Shown here: positions 56,246-64,000 of the stretch, one piece after another
How positions within the stretch are numbered: position 1 is the first letter of the stretch
Layout of the letters: each line of letters starts with the position of its first letter
Origin: Planctomycetota bacterium
GTDB lineage: Bacteria > Planctomycetota > J058
Assembly (NCBI GenBank): GCA_019636275.1
Contig: JAHBXY010000010.1
Coordinates: forward strand, 7,785 to 71,784
Length of the DNA: 64,000 nt
Direction of reading: 5' to 3'
Translations under genes and position numbers: made by a program
The notes under the pieces: model-generated
The model's database searches: none
Seen by the model: the letters and a program-made list of their open reading frames with translations, nothing else
Told to the model about the DNA's origin: nothing

Positions 56246-58003
56246 TCAGCAGCCGATCACGCAGGCGGCGTCCGGGGGCAGGTGGACGGCCCCGTCGCTC
56301 AGGGCCACGCCCTCGCGCGAGGCGAGGAGCAGCCGCGGCACGGCGGGCAGCGGCGGCAGCGGGACCGCCTGCGCGTGGGTGGCGAGGTTCAGGGCCACGG
56401 CGGTGCGCGCCCGGCGCAGCACGAGCCAGCGGGCGTCCTCGTCGAAGGTCACGCCGGCCGGGTCGAGGACGCCGTCGCGCAGGTCGGCGCGCTCGCGCCT
56501 GAGGGCGAGGAGGGCGCGGTGCCACTCGAGGGCGGCGCGCTGTTCGGCGAGGTCGAGCTCGTCCCAGCGCAGCGTCGAGGCCTCGAAGGTCCGCGGGTCC
56601 TGCGGGTCGGGCATGTCCTGCGGCGAGAGGCCCCAGGGCAGGCCGAACTCCCTCCAGCGCCCCTCGCGCACCGACGGCGGCAGCCAGGGGTCCCGGTGGT
56701 CGCAGAAGAAGTGCCACGGCGTCGTCGCGAACCACTCCTCGCCCTGGAAGAGCATGGGCACGCCGGGCGCGCACAGGACCAGCGCCGCGGCCGCCCGCGC
56801 GCGGTCGGCGCCGACGAGGTGGTGCAGCCGCTCGCCGCGCGCGCGGTTGCCCACCTGGTCATGGTTCTGCAGGTAGCCGAGGAACGCGCGGCCCGGCGCG
56901 GCGGGCCAGGTCACGGGCGGCGGCGCCTGCTGCCCGCGCTTGCGCCGCTTCGGGCTGGGCGTGCCGGGCTCGAGCACGAAGCCCCGCCCGAGCGCCTGCG
57001 CGACCTGCGCCAGCGGGCCGAAGTCCTCGTACCAGCCGGCGCGCTCGCCCGTGAGCGCGGCGTGCAGGGCGTGGTGCAGGTCGTCGCACCACTGCGCGTC
57101 GAAGCCGTGCCCGCCCTGCGCCCGCGGCGTGACCGTCCGTGGGTCGTGGCGGTTGGTCTCGGCGATCAGCACGAGCGGCCGGCCGAGCGCGCGCGACAGG
57201 TCGTCGGTCTCCCGCGCGAGCTGCGTCATGAGGTGCTCGGGCGAGCCGTCGTGGAGCGCGTGCACGGCGTCGACGCGCAGGCCGTCGAGGTGGAAGGCCT
57301 CGTGCCACCAGCGCGCGTTGTCGCACAGGAACCGCCGCACGGCCGCGCTGCCCGGGCCGTCGAGGTTCATGGCCGGCCCCCAGGGCGTCGAGGTCGTCCG
57401 GCTGAAGTAGGGCCCGAAGCGCGGCAGGTAGTTGCCCTCGGGGCCGAGGTGGTTGTAGACGACGTCCAGGAGCACGGCGAGCCCGCGCGCGTGGCAGGCG
57501 TCGACGAGCCGTTGCAGGCCACGCGGCCCGCCCTGGGCGTGGTGCGCGGCGAAGAGCCCCACGCCGTCGTAGCCCCACCCGCGCTCGCCCGACGCCTCGG
57601 CGATCGGCAGGAGCTCGACGTGCGTCACGCCCAGCCGGACGAGGTGGTCGAGCTTGCCGATCGCCGCCTCGAAGGTGCCCTCGGGCGTGAAGGTGCCCAC
57701 GTGCAGCTCGTAGATCACCCCGTCCTCGAGCGCCGGCGGCCGCCACCCGGCGTCGGTCCAGCGGAACGCCGCCGGGTCGAACACCCGCGACGGCCCGTGC
57801 ACGCCCGTGGGCTGCCACGCCGAGCGCGGGTCGGGGAGCGGCGGGCCGCCGTCGAGCGAGAAGGCGTAGTCCGCGCCCGGCGACAACGGCTCGCCGAGCG
57901 TCCAGCGGCCGTCGTCGTCGGCCCGGCGGAGGAGGCGACGACGGCCCTCGACCTCCACCTCGACGCGGTCCGCGAGCGGCGCCCACACCCACAGGTCGTC
58001 CAC
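56246..58003 (-). CDS. treZ: Malto-oligosyltrehalose trehalohydrolase
   Basis: WGYDGV, DVVYNHLGPEGNYL, DGLRVDAVHAL, LQNHDQVGNR, MLFQGEEW. Confidence 0.95.
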   Translation of the reverse strand: MDDLWVWAPLADRVEVEVEGRRRLLRRADDDGRWTLGEPLSPGADYAFSLDGGPPLPDPRSAWQPTGVHGPSRVFDPAAFRWTDAGWRPPALEDGVIYELHVGTFTPEGTFEAAIGKLDHLVRLGVTHVELLPIAEASGERGWGYDGVGLFAAHHAQGGPRGLQRLVDACHARGLAVLLDVVYNHLGPEGNYLPRFGPYFSRTTSTPWGPAMNLDGPGSAAVRRFLCDNARWWHEAFHLDGLRVDAVHALHDGSPEHLMTQLARETDDLSRALGRPLVLIAETNRHDPRTVTPRAQGGHGFDAQWCDDLHHALHAALTGERAGWYEDFGPLAQVAQALGRGFVLEPGTPSPKRRKRGQQAPPPVTWPAAPGRAFLGYLQNHDQVGNRARGERLHHLVGADRARAAAALVLCAPGVPMLFQGEEWFATTPWHFFCDHRDPWLPPSVREGRWREFGLPWGLSPQDMPDPQDPRTFEASTLRWDELDLAEQRAALEWHRALLALRRERADLRDGVLDPAGVTFDEDARWLVLRRARTAVALNLATHAQAVPLPPLPAVPRLLLASREGVALSDGAVHLPPDAACVIGC

Positions 58004-58138
58004 GGGGTTCCTTCAGGCCACGAGGATACGCCGGTCCCTGAACGACGCGGCGCGGCGCGACATCGCCCTTCCACCGGAAGGGCTTAGGCTGCTGTCGATC
58101 CGGCCCGGCGCCGTTCGACCAGGAGGCGGAGGTGATCC

Positions 58139-58774
58139 ATGAAGTACCTGTGCCTGGCCTACGGTGACCGCGCGGCGCTCGAGGCCCTGACCCCGACGGA
58201 GCGCGAGGCGCTCCGCGCGCGCCTCGAGGCCCACGAGGCGGACCTGCGCGCCACCGGGCAGGTGGTCGACTCGCGGAGCCTCGAGTGGGCCGCGGCGTCG
58301 ATCCGCCCCCGCGGGGGCGCGCCGGTCGTGACCGACGGCCCGTTCCTCGAGACCAAGGAGCAGGTGGGCGGGCTCGTGATGCTCGAGGCGCGCGACCTCA
58401 ACGAGGCCGTGCGCGTGGCCTCGCTCCACCCGGCCGCGCACCTCGGCGACGACCTGGGCTGCGGCGTCGAGGTCCGGCCGATCGAGCGGCCCCAGCCGCT
58501 CGACGCGCGCGCGGCCGAAGCGGCGCCGGCGACCTTCCTCTTCCTGGCCTACGGCCAGCGCGAGCCCATGGAGCGCCTCTCGCCCGACGACCTCGCCGCG
58601 CTCGGGGCGGCGTGCCAGGCGCATGACGCGGCGCTGCGGGCCACCGGGCGCCTGGTCCAGGGGTTCAGCCTGACCTGGGACGCGCTGTCGATCCTACGAG
58701 CGCGCGCTGGCCCTCGCGCGGCAGGCGCCCGAGCGGCGCCTCCTCGAGCGGAGGCTGGCCGCCCTGGACCCTGA
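58139..58774 (+). CDS. YciI/DGPF family protein with a second, truncated copy of the domain
   Basis: MKYLCLAY, VTDGPFLETKEQVGG, EVRPI. Confidence 0.85.
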   Translation: MKYLCLAYGDRAALEALTPTEREALRARLEAHEADLRATGQVVDSRSLEWAAASIRPRGGAPVVTDGPFLETKEQVGGLVMLEARDLNEAVRVASLHPAAHLGDDLGCGVEVRPIERPQPLDARAAEAAPATFLFLAYGQREPMERLSPDDLAALGAACQAHDAALRATGRLVQGFSLTWDALSILRARAGPRAAGARAAPPRAEAGRPGP

Positions 58775-58803
58775 CGGACGCCCGCCGCTGCTACCCTGAC
58801 CCC

Positions 58804-59400
58804 ATGTCCCGCCGCTTCGCCGAGGCCGCCGACGAGAACAAGGACGACATCCTCCCCGTCCTCGCGCGCGCCCTCGCCGGCGTGCCGCCGGGCGGGCTGG
58901 TCCTCGAGGTCGCGTCCGGCACCGGCCAGCACGCGGCGCACTTCGCCGCGCGGCTCCCCCACCTGCGCTGGCAGCCGACCGACGCCGACCCGGACGCCCT
59001 GCCGAGCATCGCCGCCTGGGCGACCGACGCGCCGAACGTCCTGCAGCCGGTCCTGCTCGACGCCGCGGCCGCGCGCTGGCCGGTGGAGCGGGCCGACGCG
59101 GTCGTGTGCGCCAACATGATCCATATCGCGCCCTGGTCGGCGTGCCTGGGCCTCCTGGCTGGCGCCGCGCGCGTCCTGCCGCCGGGCGGGGTGGTGTTCC
59201 TCTACGGCCCCTACCGGCTCGACGGCGCGATCGCCCCGAGCAACGAGGCGTTCGACCGCTCGCTCCGCTCGCGCGACCCGCGCTGGGGCGTGCGCGACGC
59301 GGCGGAGGTCGAGGCGGCCGCGCGGCAGGCCGGCCTCGAGCCGGTCGAGCGGGTGACGATGGCCTGGGACAACCTCTCGCTCGTGCTCCGCCGGCCCTGA
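58804..59400 (+). CDS. DUF938 family SAM-dependent methyltransferase
   Basis: VLEVASGTGQHA, WQPTD, NMIHIAPW, LYGPY, FDRSLRSRDPRWGVRD. Confidence 0.92.
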   Translation: MSRRFAEAADENKDDILPVLARALAGVPPGGLVLEVASGTGQHAAHFAARLPHLRWQPTDADPDALPSIAAWATDAPNVLQPVLLDAAAARWPVERADAVVCANMIHIAPWSACLGLLAGAARVLPPGGVVFLYGPYRLDGAIAPSNEAFDRSLRSRDPRWGVRDAAEVEAAARQAGLEPVERVTMAWDNLSLVLRRP

Positions 59401-59417
59401 CGGCATAAGCTGGACGC

Positions 59418-61874
59418 GTGGAGCCCGACGACGACGCGGAGCTCGTGCGCGTCCTGGTCGCCCGCGGGGCGCTCGCGCCGGAGCGCGCCCGGGCGTGCCT
59501 CGACGAGACCCGGCGCCGCCGCCAGGCCGGCGAGCCCACGAGCGCCGCGCGCCTCCTCGCCCAGCACGGGCACGTGCCGCCCGACGTCGTCGAGCGGGCG
59601 CTCGTCGAGGTCGTGCAGCGCGGGAACACCGTCTCGGCCCGCCCCGCGTCGTCGCTCTGGCCGGGGCGCCCGCAGCCGACCGGCGCGTCGGTCCCGCCGC
59701 GCACCGGCGCCTGGCGGCGGCCGCCGCTGCGCTCGGATGCCTGGGCACCACCGGCTCGGGCGCCTGCTCGCGCGCGGCGGCATGGGCGCCGTCTACGAGG
59801 CCGTCCACGCGCCGTCGGGCGCGCCGCGCGCGGTCAAGCTCCTCCTCGGCGGCGCCGACGCCGAGGCGCGCGAGCGCTTCCGCCGCGAGGCCGAGGTCAT
59901 GGCGACGCTCGACCACCCGCACGTCGCGCGCGTCCACACGGCCGACCTCGCCAGCGACCCGCCCTACCTGGTCCAGGACCTGCTCCCCGGGGGCTCGCTC
60001 CAGGATCGCCTGCGCCAGGGCCCGCTCTCGCCGGCGGAGGTCCTGGCCCTGGGCGAGAAGGTCGCCCGCGCCGTCGCGCACGCGCACGCCCGCGGCGTGC
60101 TCCACCGCGACCTCAAGCCCGCCAACGTCCTGTTCGACGACCGCGGCGAGCCGCGCGTGACCGACTTCGGCCTCTCGCGCCGCGCCGGGCAGGGCTCGGT
60201 GGCGCTGACGGCCACGGGGCAGGTGCTCGGGACGCCGGCCTACATGGCCCCCGAGCAGGCGCTCGGTCTGCGCGAGGTCGACGCGAGGAGCGACGTCTAC
60301 GGCCTGGGCGCCGTCCTCTACGCGGCCCTCGCCGGCACGAGCCCTTCCCCGGCGCGGGCGTCGCCGAGGTGCTCGAGCGCGTGGTCAAGGAGGAGCCGCC
60401 GCGCCCGTCGCGCCTGCGACCCGACGTGCCGCCCGCCCTCGAAGCCGTCGTCCTGCGCGCGATGGCCAAGGCCCCGGACGAGCGCTTCCCCTCGGCCGAG
60501 GCCCTGGCCGACGCCCTGCTCGCCGCGCGCGAGGGCGAGGCGCCCGCCCGCGCACCCGCCGCCGGTCGGCGGCGCCGACGACGCCTCGCGCCCGTGATCG
60601 CCGCGGCTGGCTCGCTGGTCGCCGCCGCCATAGCGCGGCTGGTGAAGTTCCGGCTGGCACCCCCGGGTCGGATCGCCGCCCCCGGCGACCCCCGCGCGCC
60701 CCGCGCCCCCAGCGGTCGACGACCCCCGCCCGCGCCCGCCGGCGGGCGAGGGCCGTTGGTCGGGGCTGCCGCCCGACGGGGCGTTCGACGCCACGCTCTC
60801 GCTCCTCGCCGAGTGCCCTGGCGTCGGCGCGCCGGCCCTCGGCGCCAGCCTGCTCCTGCGCCTCGAGGTCGGCCCCGACGCGCCGGACGGCCGCGTGTCG
60901 CTCTGGGCGACCGTGCGGCGCGTCCGCGTGCAGGTGCGCGGGCCGCTGTTCGCGATCGACCACGACGGGGCGACGCGCAAGGGCGACGAGCCGCAGGTCC
61001 GGGCCGCGTTCGAGGCGGTCGTCGGCCAGCGCCTCGGCCTCGACGTCGACCGCGCCAGCGGCGCCGTGCGCCTGCGCGACTTCGCCCGCCTGCGCGCGGC
61101 CGTGCTCGGGGCGGCGCCGCCGCTCCCGCCGCGGCCAGAGACGACGCGCGACTGGGCCCTGCGCGCCTTCGCCGACGGCTTCGAGGAGGCGTCGCTCGCG
61201 CGCGCCGTCGACGCCATGTTCCGCGGCCAGGCGCCCGCCCGCTTCGCCGACGGCCGCCTGGCCCGCGGCCTGGTCGACGAGCGCCTCGTCCTCGGCGGGC
61301 GCGACGTGCGCGCCTGGCGCGGCTGGCACGAGGTCGGCGTCCACGTCGTCGCCGCCGGCGAGATGCTGGGCAAGATCGCGGACCGTCACGCCTTGCCCTT
61401 CCCGGCCCTGGCGCTGTCGAACGGCCTCGACGACCCCAACCTGATCCAGGTGGGCGCGGCGCTCGAGCTCCCCCGGCCGCCCCCGGCGCGCCCCCGGCGC
61501 GCCGTCGAGGTCCGCGCGGACGGCCTCGTCGCGCGCGACCGGCCGGGCGGCCTGGGCGTGGCCACCCTCGCCGCGGGCCTCCGGTTCGTGAGCGACGCCG
61601 AGGACCTGGGCTGGGCGCGCCTGGACCTCGGCGGCGGCTGGGCGTGGGCGCCGCTCGACGCCCTCGCGCCCGTGCGCGGCGCGCAGGCGGTCGAGGTCGC
61701 CGCCGCGCAGCCGGTCGTGCGCGTCGAGCGCCCGGGCGCCCCGCGCTACGCCTCGCGCGGGCAGGCCTACGTGGTCCGCGCGGCCGGCGCGACGCTCAGC
61801 GAGGTGCAGTTCGACGAGGCTCCCGCCTCGATCCGCGCCAGCCTCCTCCGGCCCGTGGCGCTGGAGGAGCCGCC

Positions 61875-61878
<4 letters not shown>
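59418..61878 (+). CDS. Ser/Thr kinase-TM-extracellular domain-LysM (frameshifts at ~59740, ~60337, ~60660)
   Basis: Kinase motifs across two frames, TM segment, then Pro-rich linker into the frame carrying LysM HVVAAGEMLGKIA..NGLDDPNLIQVGAALELP. Confidence 0.7.
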
Positions 61879-63921
<2,043 letters not shown>

Positions 63922-64000
63922 TCACCTCGTCGGCGGAGATCGCCTCGGCCTCGGCGTGGTAGCTGAGCATGATCCTGTGGCGCATGGCCGGGTGGATCAC

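Noticed and set aside
56246-58003. treZ without adjacent treY as a novelty
   Set aside because: treY may simply lie elsewhere in the genome; this cannot be judged from one window.

Overview
Very GC-rich bacterial DNA. The lineage is probably Planctomycetota or a similar signalling-rich group; this is an inference from DUF1570, a WEWDG kelch-like motif and many Ser/Thr kinases. Housekeeping and metabolic genes include two tRNAs, a TetR-regulated acyl-CoA carboxylase/BKACE cluster, a YmfF/YmfH-like M16 pair, NUDIX, a DinG-type helicase-nuclease, rnd, an aminotransferase, treZ, a D-aminoacylase and a partial MoxR. There are also many signalling genes. The main observations are: (1) A ~4.3 kb islet at the 3' end of a tRNA(CAT), bounded by a 24-bp direct repeat. 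It carries an unannotated decayed tyrosine integrase and a Fic toxin paired with an unusually large (291 aa) multi-domain putative antitoxin ending in a VbhA-like SQRIEG motif. (2) A tandemly duplicated module, REC-kinase <- -> FHA/DUF4388, orphan gvpA, small Cys-rich ORF, with no other gas-vesicle genes in the window. (3) A probable kinase-TM-LysM receptor. (4) Two families of structured interspersed repeats, often abutting stop codons, one showing base-pair covariation. (5) Several apparent pseudo-enzymes: a lid-less GyrB-like ATPase, a His-to-Glu caspase-like lipoprotein and an Asp-to-Gln HAD. Many genes have frameshifts in GC-rich tracts, most likely assembly indels. No CRISPR array or rRNA was seen. 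All family assignments come from motif recognition by eye; no database searches were run.
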